This document shows, piece after piece, positions 27,318-40,576 of a stretch of DNA of 64,000 nt. The stretch lies in assembly GCF_009914755.1 (NCBI RefSeq), contig NC_060932.1; one strand, given 5' to 3'. A program made the translations under genes and the position numbers. How positions within the stretch are numbered: position 1 is the first letter of the stretch; the number at the start of each line of letters is the position of its first letter. The DNA comes from the human T2T-CHM13v2.0 reference genome, Homo sapiens. The notes under the pieces are model-generated. The model did not search any database. It was not told where the DNA came from and saw nothing but the letters and a program-made list of their open reading frames with translations.

Positions 27318-28907
27318 ATTCTGTTTTATACTAATATACTGATAAAGATTTCCTGTAGAATTTATCTGTAAGTCGTTTCTATTTTTCATTTCCTGGTAAA
27401 ATTTGGGTCAAGTTTAACTTGACTCTCCATTCCTAGTAACTGCATTATTGCATACATTGGTTGTTATTTATATATAGGGCTTTGGCAGTCAAAATCACCT
27501 GTGCAAATTACATTACACGTTTATGAATTCCTTGAAGCTATAGATCATGTCACGAGTGTATTTCTTGTATTTACACTGCCAAAATCTTAGATTATCCTTG
27601 TTTCTAAAGAAGCATGCTAAATAGATCCTCTTGGTTCAGAATGTATGGTATCTCCTATATTTGTTTCCTAGTGTATTGTTTACGTATCTTTTGAGTTTGT
27701 CTCATGCATTTCTATAGCTGTGTTGAATGTCCAAGCGAGTTGCCAATCTTTCTCTTTCTTCCAAAATAACATCTCTTTTAAGTATCCAATGCAGGCTAAG
27801 TCTGTATGGCTCCTCTCCTTCAAAGTAATTTCAGCTTGTCCTGAGACTCGACCTGTATTAATTTCTTTATTTTTAATTTTTTACCAGACCACTTCAATTA
27901 TTTTTACTATGACAAGCATATGAATGTCCTGTAACTTATTTCACTAGCAACAATAAAGGGTGAGGTGTTTCTCTCTCTCTCTACATGGGCTACTCCCTGG
28001 AGTCTGGTCACAATACACAACTGCAGTGGGAGTAAATTGCTTTCCTTTCCTGAAGGGAGCAGAGCTTAATCTTAGGACCACCAGGTGGGATTTCCTCTTG
28101 CAGCTGCTTAACTTCTCACTCCCAGCTTTCTCTCCACAGTTACTTCCACTGCTCTCTCTTGGCACAGTAGTCAGGATACATTGCCTTCTCAGAAGGAAGC
28201 CAATCATCTAAGAACCACTCTGGAACCTTGTAGCACTTATATCTCTCATTGGAGGTACCCTCCAGACAGCCATGGAAGATTCATGGCTGTGGAGGCTGAC
28301 AGTGCCAGAATTCTTCCTCTGTCACCCTCAGCAGCTGGGTGGTCCTGATTATATCCTTTTCATTCTGGGCTCTCATCAAACAAGGAAAGTACTGGTCTTT
28401 GTCCTTGTGAATGCACCATGAATCAAGGTGTCACAGCACCCACTTATAAACCCACAGCAACTTCTGCTGATGGGTCAGGTAGGCTACCTGAGCTGAGAAC
28501 ACCATGACTGCCTACTCACTTTCCCTGTGTTATAATAATTCCACCCGTGGTTATTGTGGAATGTTTTGGCCAATGTTTGCTTATCCATCAATCATATTGA
28601 TGAGCCACCAATATTGTTTATCTACCAAACATATTGTCATTTGTGTGCATGAACGGGGCAACAGTTATTACATCTTACTTTTACAAAAGCATTTATAATA
28701 TACGATGAAGATATAATATTATTCTTTAGCTGTGCACTTTCAACATAATGGTATATTTTCATTTTTACATTATGAACTTACTGGCTCTCTTTCAATCAGC
28801 AATTACTTTCCTTTCTTTCCATTTGTCAAAAAATTTTAACCCAGACCCATCCCCCAACTTAAGGGTAAGACTGTCGGATTCAGCTGAAAGATTTACCAGT
28901 AGACCTG

Positions 28908-29369
28908 TGTGAAAGTTGCAGACACCAGGTGAAATCACTTTTGTTAGAACCAAACAAGTTGAAGCTGAGAAAGTATGAAGGAGGAGAGCTCATGCTTGTA
29001 TATATAAGATATGGAATGTCTCAGGGTCATTTCTAATATAACCCCACAATAAATTTCTTATTTTGACCTGTAGCAATTCAGATAAGATGTTCTTGAAAGA
29101 ATACTTGCCCTGTAAGGGTATCTACACCAACGAACTGATGCCAACTCTGGCTTTGAGCCTCTGGAGCTAATGAACTCTGTTTTCAAGCAGTTTGTGTGAA
29201 CTTCTCCTTTTTGTCAGCAAAGGCTTTGTTCTACCCTCTCCTGTCTGTATGCATCCGTGGCTTTGTCACAGCTGTTATTTCTGCTTACTCCTTTAATCCT
29301 GTCTGCTTTTTAATGAATAAAATCATTATTATTAGACAATATTTTCTCTGATTTTTCTTTAGGCTGACA
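28908..29369 (+). mobile_element. Solo LTR (MER72/LTR47-like)
   Basis: TG...CA termini (tgtgaaagttgc...ggctgaca), AATAAA near 29316, perfect 4-bp TSD cctg. Confidence 0.8.
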
Positions 29370-29557
29370 CCTGATGGAAGTATGAGTTTGCCTAATGCCC
29401 CCACTTCATACATTGCCAACCATAAAAACTAGATAGGAAAAATGTAAATGTATTAGAGTGTCATTCAGTGGGCAGATAGACACTTCTAATTTCAGTTTAT
29501 ACAAGTAAGGAAAAGCAGCAGCTCATCCCATCATTTCCTTAGAAATTCAAAATAATA

Positions 29558-29867
29558 CAGTAGTCTCTAAGTACCTGTGAGGGACTGGTTCTAGGATTCC
29601 TTCAGATACCAAAATCTGGGGATGCTCAAGTCCCTTAGATAAAGTGGTGTGATATTTGGAAATAATCCATGCACATCATCCTGAACATTTTAAATCATCT
29701 CTAGATTATTTCTAGCATCCAGTACAATATAAATATATATAGTTTTCTACTTGATAATATTTGTATTTTTATTCTTCTATTGTTATTTTGTGTTTTTAAA
29801 AAATATTTTTGATCCATAATTGGTTGAACCTGCAGATGAAGAAACCACAGATGTGAGAGGCCAACTG
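29558..29867. mobile_element. MER2 (Tigger-derived MITE)
   Basis: cagtagtc...ccaactg termini with TA duplication; ggatgctcaagtccctt and aaatcatctctagatta motifs. Confidence 0.88.
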
Positions 29868-30169
29868 TATTTTGAGATGTTGTCATGTTGTTAGGGTAGC
29901 AACTGATCTTTTCTCTCTCAGTCACAAATATAATCCAATTGCTGGCACCACAGGATCAAGCAAATATGGAGAATAAAAAATAGATGCAGAGAAGAGTATA
30001 TATAGTTCCTCTGTCACTTCTCACATCCTGTTCTACTTTTTGCATAATACCTTAACAATTTTTCCAAAGCTGATCACCTTTAGTATTACATATATTGTTT
30101 TATTATATATTTATTCAAATAGGCAAACCAATGTATCCCCTTATTTTTTAGCCACAACTCTCCCTACCC

Positions 30170-31790
30170 TCATTTAAAAAGTGGGTGTTACAAGTGCCCA
30201 TTGCAGTATTCATTCAGTGTACTACTTTGTGGTATTAAGATATATAAGTTCATGGTAAATGATGCTTCTTAGCACATTGGCGCACTGCATTTGTAGTAAA
30301 ATAAATTCTTTGATCATATATGATACCAAATGAAAGATTTTCTCTCTAGATATCTATTTGTGTTGAAGGCATTTACTTCAGTTACTGGATATACAAGTAA
30401 AACTTCAGATTATGTATCTGTCCTAGTCAAGATTGACCTGTAATCACAAGGAACCATAAGCAGCAGGCCAATGTAATTCACCTACCAGCTAAGGTTGGTC
30501 CAGACCATCCTGGTAGATTATATATATTTTCTAATTTTCTTATTCACAAAGAAACAAATGTTAGTCACATTTCAAGCTTCTGAAAGAGATAATGGAATAC
30601 ATGTTTATTTATTTCTTTGTTTTTTTTCCTGCTTATTGTTACATTGCTTGAATGCCATCATGCTGCAGCTACCAATCCTGTGTACTTAAGAGAACACTTT
30701 CAAAAACAAATATTAAAAGAAGGCATATTATTGTTGGTTTCAGTCATATTTCGAATTTGAAATAATATCCTTTTGATGTGCACATGCATGCCCCACTTTC
30801 ATTTTATCCCCTACTCTGCTTTCACTTTCTCCCTCCCACCAAAGGTCATGAAGTTTTTGATAACATAGTATTTTATACTAGGGTTGCCTTTTTCTCCTAG
30901 TTTTCTAAGATCAGCCTTTCAGATAATACTGTTAGCCCATTGTTTACTATCCAAAAAGCCATAAAATTTATATCATTATTGTTACTATCCAATTTCTATA
31001 GTGCCATAAGAAGCACATCTTTTAAGTCTGCCCATTGAACAGGTATATCTTTTCTCAACTTGAGCCAAAAAGGAGTCATCACTCAGTCACAATGTAACTG
31101 CTTTTTAAACTGCATGCTGGCCTCCCACTCTTGAGCTACCATGCTGCTTTTTGGCAATCCTTCAATAACTGCAAACCATGCTGCTCTTTGTCCAATTCAC
31201 CTATAGTATTTAAAGTAGGACCAAAGGATTGTGTCAGCTGCCTATTTGTGGGTGATGAATAGATACTTAGTAAGTCCACACCATTCCCATCTAATGAGGG
31301 AATTCTGAGCATTTTCTTCCTGATGGAATAGTATTCTGCTATAACCAGAACTGGCTATTTCAGGCCTGAAAAATGTTATTTCTTCTGTAATGTTATTTCA
31401 ACTAAAGCCTCGTAACCATCAACAATTCCCTTTTAAATTATGTGTAAATTTTTACTTGGCATCATTTTAATTTGGCTTTGTACTTTCATTGAGTTAATCA
31501 GCCATCCTCGATTAGATTAACAAGAAACTGTAGTTTAGTTTTAGCTCTGAATTCAGTTTGAAATATCAACATTGTATCATGAGAATAATAGATAAGTCCT
31601 TCTCCATGGAATCAAATTTAAGTGTGTTCTTACTAGTACTTACTACAGGAAGTTGTAGAATTTAAATATCCCTGTAAAAGGACAGTAAATGTGAGTTGGA
31701 GTCCATCCCATATGAATGCAAAATGGCTTTGATGTTATTCCAAAATAGAAGAAAAAAAAGCATTAGAAAAATCAGTCAAGGAATACCAAC
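30170..31790 (-). pseudogene. Decayed class III pol (RT and integrase remnants)
   Basis: Manual minus-strand translation gives WYSLTDFSNAFF...HFAFIWDGLQLTFTVLLQGYLNS (~31660-31790, ERVL RT), W*VNYIGLL...ILTRTDT (~30410-30490) and IIYDQRIYFTTNAVRQCAKKH (~30260-30327; integrase core). Confidence 0.75.
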
Positions 31791-32720
31791 CTCCCTGAGC
31801 TTTCTGCACAACGTACATTGTTAATTTCATATAAGGCACAGCTGATACTAAAAAGAAGTATTATTTTGTTAAAATCTCCAAAATCCATCAACTTATCTTA
31901 CATGCCTCAGTAATGTATTACACAAGCAATTTTATGGACACTAGTACACATGTATCCAACATATTTTAATTAATACCAGAATATCTTGATGTCCTCTAAT
32001 TGTTTCTGTATACTTTTAAATTAACCCCTTGATTTTCCAAAGATAATTGTATTATCTCACATATCAAATTAAAACATGAATGAAAATGGATGTGCATAGC
32101 AATCCATTCTTTCATGATTTCTGTAACAGAAATGTCCTACATACAGGCACTCCACTCATGCCAATAATATATCTGATAAAGGTGAAAAAGAACCATAACT
32201 GTGTATTCAAATATTGCCAAATTTTAGTAGTCTCTTGATTCTTTATTCCTGTGGCTTATATAATTTTTTACTGAATATCAATAAGACAAGGACCATATTC
32301 CAATCAAAATGGGTATCTCCCCAACTCCCGTTTGTTGGTATATACATTGCATTTATAGACTGAAACATTATTCATATCCTGAAAGTTCAAACAGCCTTGA
32401 AATGTTTCTTATTTATTTTCATTTTTTTTTGCTAAAACAAGCAAAAGTGCTCAAGAAACCACAATCTTGGTTGAATTATCTTCCATATGATTTTCTTTAT
32501 GATCTATTTATTAATTTTCTCCACCTCAGATCTTCCAACTCCAAGAGTCATTGATATGTTTTTATTCCTCTCACTGATTAGAACATGATCTCCCACAGGA
32601 ATGGCCAGGAATTCAACCTGGCAACAGTGGTTTCTCACCTCACTTCTTTTCTCACCTTTCTTGTCCTCAAATAGAGCCTTAGCCATTTTAAACATTATAG
32701 AAACAGAAATCAGTTTAAAT

Positions 32721-32738
32721 GTCCTGCAAACTACACCA
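32721..32738 (-). promoter_or_regulatory. Retroviral primer-binding site, tRNA-Ser type
   Basis: tggtgtagtttgcaggac vs TGGCGTAGTCGGCAGGAT (14/18), immediately adjacent to the LTR-end homology. Confidence 0.7.
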
Positions 32739-32849
32739 ACTACACGTATTTCACATATTGGATAGTTTACAGGACTCCACAGAGCATATGCAATTATAGA
32801 TTTAATAAAGGGATCTTAAATAAGTTTCTTACAGCTTTGCTACTATTCT

Positions 32850-33320
32850 TTTCTTAAAATACTTATAACAGTTTGTTGCTGTAATATTAGAGTGGAACTG
32901 AATTATGTATATTAAGATTATATCCAGCAACCTTGTTGAAATCTTATTAATTCAAATAAATTTCTCTGGTGATTCTCTAGAGTTTTCTCTGTGTATAATC
33001 ACATTATCTAAAAATAATGTAATTTTTTTCCCTTTCTAAAGTTTATATTTTATTGTGTCTTACTATACCTCTTTGAAATATTGGTATATTATCATAAAGG
33101 AAGACATAACTTTAGCAAGCATCACTGTGTTGTTTCCTGTTTTTTATTTGAAATGGTGTGTACTAATTTTACACTATTATGAATGACCTGAGCTTTGATG
33201 GATAAATATCTATTCCTGTAGAATGTGCAGAAAGTTTCTTCTCTATCTGGTATTATGAGTTTTTTGTTTTATTTCTAATAATAAATGCACATAAGAATTT
33301 ATCAAAAGGTTTTGTTATAC
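32850..33320 (-). mobile_element. Very old L1M ORF2 fragment
   Basis: gtatattaagattatatccagcaaccttgttgaa...gattctctagagttttct. Confidence 0.7.
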
Positions 33321-33964
33321 AATGGGCTTGGGTAATCTTTAGAAAATGTCATTTCTTTTGAATGACTGGAACTTGTGGGCAGCATCCTTAGTAGAAAGAG
33401 TTCAGAAGAACATAAAAATGCACTGGTTATATGCTTCATGTCACATTTTATTTAAACATGTATGCATATATCTATATAAAGTCTAAAATTATTTTTAGGA
33501 ATATCTATCTTATACTAAGTAAAAGAAAAGCCTCTGACTAATTTATGCACTATATTCTCCATTGCATGTGTGCACACTGGTATAGGTCCAGAAGAACAAA
33601 TAGAAAATTGAGAGGATTACAAAACAGACTATTAAGCTTGGTTAATTCTATGTTATTGGGATGGGGCATGAAGCAGGGGAAGAGAGAGAAAATACATATT
33701 TTTATTTATATATTATTCTATTATTTCTCTTGTTCCAAAAGCATATATCACATTTATCCTTTGATTTCTAAAATGATAAATATAAAAACGGTGAAAATAA
33801 TAACTCTCAATTTTTAAATCAATTATGTGAAAACATTAAACTTTTCAGACATATAATGTGATGGAAAAAGTCTCTCTAGTTGCTTTTCTAAAAATATAAT
33901 TAATATAGTTGTAATAAGCAACTCTCTTTCATAATAGACCATATACTCTAGTGAATAGATTAAG

Positions 33965-34130
33965 AAAAAAATCTGGGCTCTAACCTTAGCTCTGCTTTTT
34001 ATCAACTAGGTGAATTTAGGAAACTTATTTAATCCACCATACTTCCCTCTTACTTATAAAATATGCATAATAATGTCAGGCTTACCGTGGTGATAAAAGA
34101 TATAATACATACAAAGTGTCACAGACCCTT
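33965..34130 (+). mobile_element. MIR fragment
   Basis: ctgggctctaaccttagctctgc...aactaggtgaatttaggaaacttatttaa (MIR core). Confidence 0.65.
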
Positions 34131-34719
34131 GCACTCTAAATTTACCCACTCATAGAAAATATAAAGCAAGTCCTTTTAGGAACAGGTCACTTTCCAAGTA
34201 GGTTAGCTGCAAGTTTCACTAAAAGCAGCTCTTGATATACTTAGAGCATGAATGAGGAAGCAAGCAGGGGAAAATAATTTTTTATTTCCACCAAGCTCCT
34301 GTACATGTCAAGTTCTTTACTATGTGATTCCACAAATGCTATTTTATTTAATACATCTACACTACACTAATGTTTCAAATTCCTTCATATCTGTATAAGA
34401 AAAGCATGCAACATACTATTATACAAGTAATACACAGTTTTTTTTAATAGAGTCCTCTATGTATTTGTTGCATCAAGACTTTGAGGCTGAACTGGTTTTT
34501 TTTTTTCATGTTAGAAATAGGATCACTAGAAGAACTAGAAGTATCATCATAACTAGAAAAACAAACAACTCGATAAGAACATGAAGGCAGAAAGTTTATG
34601 ATATTTAGTTTATTTATTCTTTATCTTCTATAAATATGGAGTTAATACATGCTTTTTACATTTAATAAATATGGAAATCAAAAGATGAAAATAGAGCTAA
34701 ACTTTTATCACCATATAAA

Positions 34720-34945
34720 TTATTTAGCACAATAGAATCACTATAGTTAACAACAATATACCGTATATTTTAAAATTGCCAGAAGAGAAGATTTGAAATG
34801 TTCCCAACGCAAGAAATGATAAGTGCTCCAGGTAATAGATATCCTAAATACTGAGACTTAATAATTACATATTTTATGTATTTATCAAAATATCACACAT
34901 ACCCCATAAGTATGTATAAATATTATATATTAATAAAAAATTTTA
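34720..34945 (+). mobile_element. L1MA 3' end
   Basis: ctatagttaacaacaat...gatttgaaatgttccca...cacataccccataa. Confidence 0.8.
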
Positions 34946-35589
34946 AAATTACCACCCACAAATATGTATTTTTATAATTATTAAAATATATAAAATTAAT
35001 TTTAAAATTTCAATGTGTTTACCCTTGCCTCAAAATCAAAGTTCCTAGGTCATAAGACAATACTCTTTGTATTTGTTACTGGTTTATTTTCCATTCCAAA
35101 TCACTACTTCTGTTTTTAAAATTTTCATCTCAAAAATACTAATTTATTATTTAGGTATTTGGAGAACTATAAAAACTTAAACCTCTATCAAATGAGATAC
35201 TAAGTCTTAAAAAGAAAAAAATCAATAAAGTTTTAACTATGAAATAAAAGTAAGTTTGCAGCCTTTGGCATTGTGTTGTAGTAGAAAAATTTTAAGTCTG
35301 CAGTAGAGTTGTGTCCTGGTTCAGGTTTACATGATTTTTGAAATAGTCTTTGAAATACATTGCTGTGAAGTATAGTTTCCTATACATGAAATAATAGTGT
35401 TAGCTGAAAAGATTAAGTTTAGCAATAAAGGCAAAACCCAAGTATACAGCCTAGTCTTGAATTTACGTATTTTTCCTATTAATAAGCAATTAAGGCAAAG
35501 AGCTAAAAAATCAATGCTAATTTTATTCAATAAATTTAGAGAAATATGTTAAAATACAAACCTGGATAGCCAACAAAGTGATCCAATGA

Positions 35590-35784
<195 letters not shown>

Positions 35785-36358
35785 TGATTAAATGATTATA
35801 CACCATAACCAAGTAGAAACGCAATGGTGGTCTAACATATGAAAATCAATCAATGTAATAATGCACCACAGATTATATAGATTAATTTAATTTAGAGATA
35901 TAATTAATTTAATATATATTATATCTATATATCTATATAGATATATAGATTTGAATTGATATATATATCTATATAGATATATAGATGTATCTATATATCA
36001 TTTTAATATACGGGTAGGTTTGGCTTACTAGCATTTTCCTTCTTCTATATTTATAAGGGCTATTACCTGTAGTTCTTTTTAATTATATTAATATAGATAT
36101 ATTAAATTAATCTATAATTAAATTAATCTATAATTAATTTAATATAGATATGTAGATATATATTATATAATATGTAATCATGCACATCAGTAGAATAAAG
36201 AGGAAAAATAATTATCATAATGTATGCAGAAAAAGCATTTCACAAAATTTCACACTGTTTCATGGTGTAAAAAAATTCAGAAAACTAGAAATATAGGAGT
36301 GCAAGGCTTATTGAATGAAAGAAAAAACTAGGAAAAAAAGAAAACTAGAAATAGAAGG
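35785..36358 (+). mobile_element. Old L1M ORF2 fragment carrying two internal insertions
   Basis: atacaccataaccaagt...aaatcaatcaatgtaa...tgcagaaaaagcattt...aaactagaaatagaagg. Confidence 0.75.
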
Positions 36359-36561
36359 GTGGTTTGACGCACTCATTTGCTTGTACCTAATGAGTGAAAA
36401 CCCAAGCTTTCTGATTAGATTGATGTGGGAAATAGCAACCACCCAAAATGGTGTGAGATGCCTTGTTAAAATGTGAAAAGAAAGGAGCTAGACTATATAT
36501 TATCATATCTCCTCCTATTATTAGCATATTTTACCAGGGAAATTGAATATTTCTGATTCTT

Positions 36562-36795
36562 TTTTTTATTATACTTTAAGTTTTAGGGTACATGTGCACT
36601 AGGGTATTGCAGCACTATTCACAATAGCAAAGACTTGAAACCAAGCCAAATGTCCAACAATGATAGACTGGATTAAGAAAATCTGGCACATATACACCAT
36701 GGAATACTATGCAGCCATAAAAAATGATGAGTTCATGTCCTTTGTAGGGACATGGATGAAGCTGGAAACCATCATTCTGAGCAAACTATCGCAAG
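36562..36795 (-). mobile_element. Young L1PA 3' fragment with 5' inversion
   Basis: About 38 bp of antisense tail, then ~190 bp of sense ORF2-end/3'UTR. Perfect 17-bp TSD gaatatttctgattctt at 36545-36561 and 36796-36812. Confidence 0.95.
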
Positions 36796-37999
36796 GAATA
36801 TTTCTGATTCTTACACTGTATCCCATTCTACTAGAAGAGGAAAGGACAAGTCTCTTTCCTGATTGAGAAGAATATGTTGCAGTATTAGTGAGGACAAGGG
36901 AGGTACCATGGGTTCCTCAGAAAAGAAGACATAATGTACAGAAACTAAAGCAGAGCATTGTAAGAAGACCTTATACCATTGAAAGAAAAGGTGTCAGTAC
37001 TCTAAATTGCTTGAGTCATGGACCACTGAGATAATAATACTTAATAAAAAGTTTTCTTGGGTCCTAAAATCTGATAGCAGAGAATACCAGAAACCAGGGT
37101 GATGCATTTCTGCATGTAGGAGGCACATCTCTTATGGGCATTCTAAAGTGTCTTATTATATTAAATGTTAAATAATTGAGGCACTGAGAAATGTGTGCCA
37201 TACAATTAATAAGAAGTTCTCTTCTCTTTCATCAGCTCAAATGTAATAGTAAAATATCTCCAAATGGTAAAAGGAAACAGGTCACAGAAATAACATTAAT
37301 CATGTTCAAATATAGTAATGAGTTGCATGAAAATCCCATGAAAAGATAATGTTTTAGTAAAGCAGTTTAATCCTCACCTTGAGACAAAATAAATGAACCA
37401 TATTTAGATTCAAATTTAAATATTAGATTCAAAGCTAATAGGCAATAGAAAGATTTATGACACCCTACAATGGTATGAAAATATTGTGAGTGTATGTGTA
37501 TTTTAGATAATTTCCTCCATGGCAATCTCTTTGTTGTTACCTAATTTTCAAAAGTAATTGAAATAGCGAAATTGTTGCAACAGAATCACAAGACTTCCAC
37601 TACGTTAATGCATATTGTTCTGCTGTCCAGTGCTTTTTCAAAGTGAAGTAGTCATGATACTGGATAAAACCCATTTTGTATCATTAGTTTTATTCTCAAA
37701 GAAAAATCAAGTTTGATTCTCAAAGTGGCATCAGCGAATCTTTGAATTTGCGTTGTTAACAGAAGAGTAACCATTACACAAGTATTTTTGAATGTATGAA
37801 ATTAACAATAAAGCACAGAACAATATGGCTCTGGTTGCAAAAAAAATCAGCGGTTTATATTTATTAACTGGATATATCAAATTATTATTAGAATGGATAT
37901 ATAAAGATAATTAACAGCATTGTGTAACACATGAATCTGATCCAATATTTTATGCCCTTTTGATTTAAATATGAAATATTGCTACAGTTGATATAATAA

Positions 38000-38350
<351 letters not shown>

Positions 38351-40316
38351 TGACACCCTTCTATATCTCAAACATTGCCCTGGGAATTTTTCAGATAGTC
38401 TACATTAATTAAGACTCAGAAAATCTAACAGATTCTTACTGCTATTCCTGTTTTTAAGTGGAAAATGTGTTAGTTTACAATCTCTAATAACTTTTTCCAC
38501 AGAAACTAGATTGAAGTTGAAAGAATTAAAATTAAATCAAAGCCCAGTATGCCTCTAGACTCTAGATCCTAGAAATGTTTTGTAATATAAGAGTAGTGTA
38601 TTATCTAGATCGCATATTAGTTTTAAATAAATGTGTTTTGGTTTTAAAATTTCATTTGTAAATGGATTCCTAACTTAAAACTGACAAGGTCTAAGCTTGT
38701 ATTTCTATTAAAATTTTGTTAAGGCATATTGCGGGATACATAATTACTTTGAAACTTATTTTGGAAAAACAGAATAAAGAAATAGTCACTTTCAAAGAGA
38801 TTCTTTAAAATCAGTCAATCAAGTTATTGAATGTAATTTTATTTAGATTTGAATACAAAACAAAGCAGAGTTACCTCGATGGGTTTAGCATAAAACACAC
38901 AAGTGCACATGCTTGCACAAGTAATTTAGTAAAATAAGTTTTAGTGTGACATAAACATAAAGTTTATTCATGTTCTAAAGTTAATTTTTCTCAGCTCTTA
39001 CAGAATGTATTATTACCATCTCCTATTCTCTAATTTTAGGAATAACTGACAGTATTCACAAGAGTGTGTGAAAATGTTATTCTATATTAATACTAATTTC
39101 TAATTCAAAATACTGTTGTTGCAAATTTTTTAAAAAGGTCAGTAATTTTTACTTTGTTAAACTACACAGGTTTTAAATTAAAAAATAGGTTATGTTATTG
39201 TGTCAGGGAAAAATAAAACATCTTGTTTATTTTAATTTATATTATTTCATTATAAGATTCAAAGCAACTCTAAACACTCATAAACTACAGCAAGGTTAAG
39301 TGAGATAAATATAAGACAGATTAAGTTAAGGTAGAGGAATACTGAAAGCCATGTGAAACAGCTTTCACATGTGAAACGCAAATAAACTAGAAAATCTGGA
39401 GGAAATGTACAAACTCGTGGACACATACACCCTCCAAAACTAAACCAGGAAGAAGTCGAATCCCTGAACAGACCAATAACAAGTTCTGACATTGAGGCAG
39501 TAATTAACAGCCTACCAACCAAAAAAAGTCCAGGACCAGACGAATTTACAGACAAATTCTACGAGAGGTACAAAGAGGAGCTGGTACCATTCCTTGTGAA
39601 ACTATTCCAAGCAATAGAGAAGGAAGGAATCCTCCCTAACTAATTTTATGAGGCCAGCATCATCCTGATACCAAAACCTTGCAGAGACACAACAAAAAAA
39701 AGAAAATTTCAGCCAATATTCCTGATGAACATCGATGCTAAAATCCTTAATAAAATACTGGCAAACCAAATGCAGCAGCACATCAAAAAGCTTATCCACC
39801 ACGATCAAGTCGGCTTCTTCCCTGGGATGCAAGGCTGGTTCAACATATGCAAATCAATAAATGTAATCCATCACCTAAACAGAACCAATGACGAAAACCA
39901 CATGATTATCTCAATAGATGCAGAAAAGGCCTTCGACAAAATTCAACAGCTCTTCATGCTAAAAACTCTCAATAAACTAGGTATTGATGGAACGTATCTC
40001 AAAATAATAAGAGCTATTTATGACAAATCCACAGCCAATATCATACTGAATGGGCAAAAAACGGAAGCATTCTTTTGAAAACTGGCAGAAGACAAGGATG
40101 CTCTCTCTCACCACTCTCATTCAACATATTATTGAAAGTTCTGACCAGGGGAATCAGGCAAGAGAAAGATAGAAAGGCTATTCAATTAGGAAAAGAGGAA
40201 GTCAAATTGTCTCTGTTTGCAGATGACATGATTGTATATTTAGAAAACCCCATCGTCTCAGCCCCAAATCTCCTTACAGTGATAAGCAACTTCGGCAAAG
40301 TCTCAGGATACAAAAT

Positions 40317-40472
40317 CAATGTGCAAAAATCACAAGCATTCCTATACACCAATAATAGACAAAAAGAGAGCCAAATCATGAGTGAACCGCGATTCACAAT
40401 GTGCAAAAATCAGAAGCATTCCTATACGCCAATAATAGACAAACAGCCAAATCATGAGTGAACCGCAATTCA
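40317..40472 (+). repeat. Tandem duplication (80 + 76 bp) within L1 ORF2
   Basis: caatgtgcaaaaatca...atgagtgaaccgc(g/a)attca occurs twice. Confidence 0.95.
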
Positions 40473-40576
40473 CAATTGCTACAAAGAGAATAAAGTACCT
40501 AGGAATACAACTTACAAGGGATGTGAAGGACCTCTTCAAGAAGAACTACAAACCACTGCTCAAGGAAGTAAGAGAG

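Larger units (their letters stand above)
25595..32815 (-). mobile_element. Highly decayed class III (ERVL-related, MER74/HERVL74-like) provirus with tRNA-Ser PBS
   Basis: A shared LTR-end sequence (gtatttcaca...actccacagagcat...tagatttaataaa) occurs at ~25600-25660 and ~32745-32810. PBS at 32721-32738. RT and IN motifs lie between them. Confidence 0.7.
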
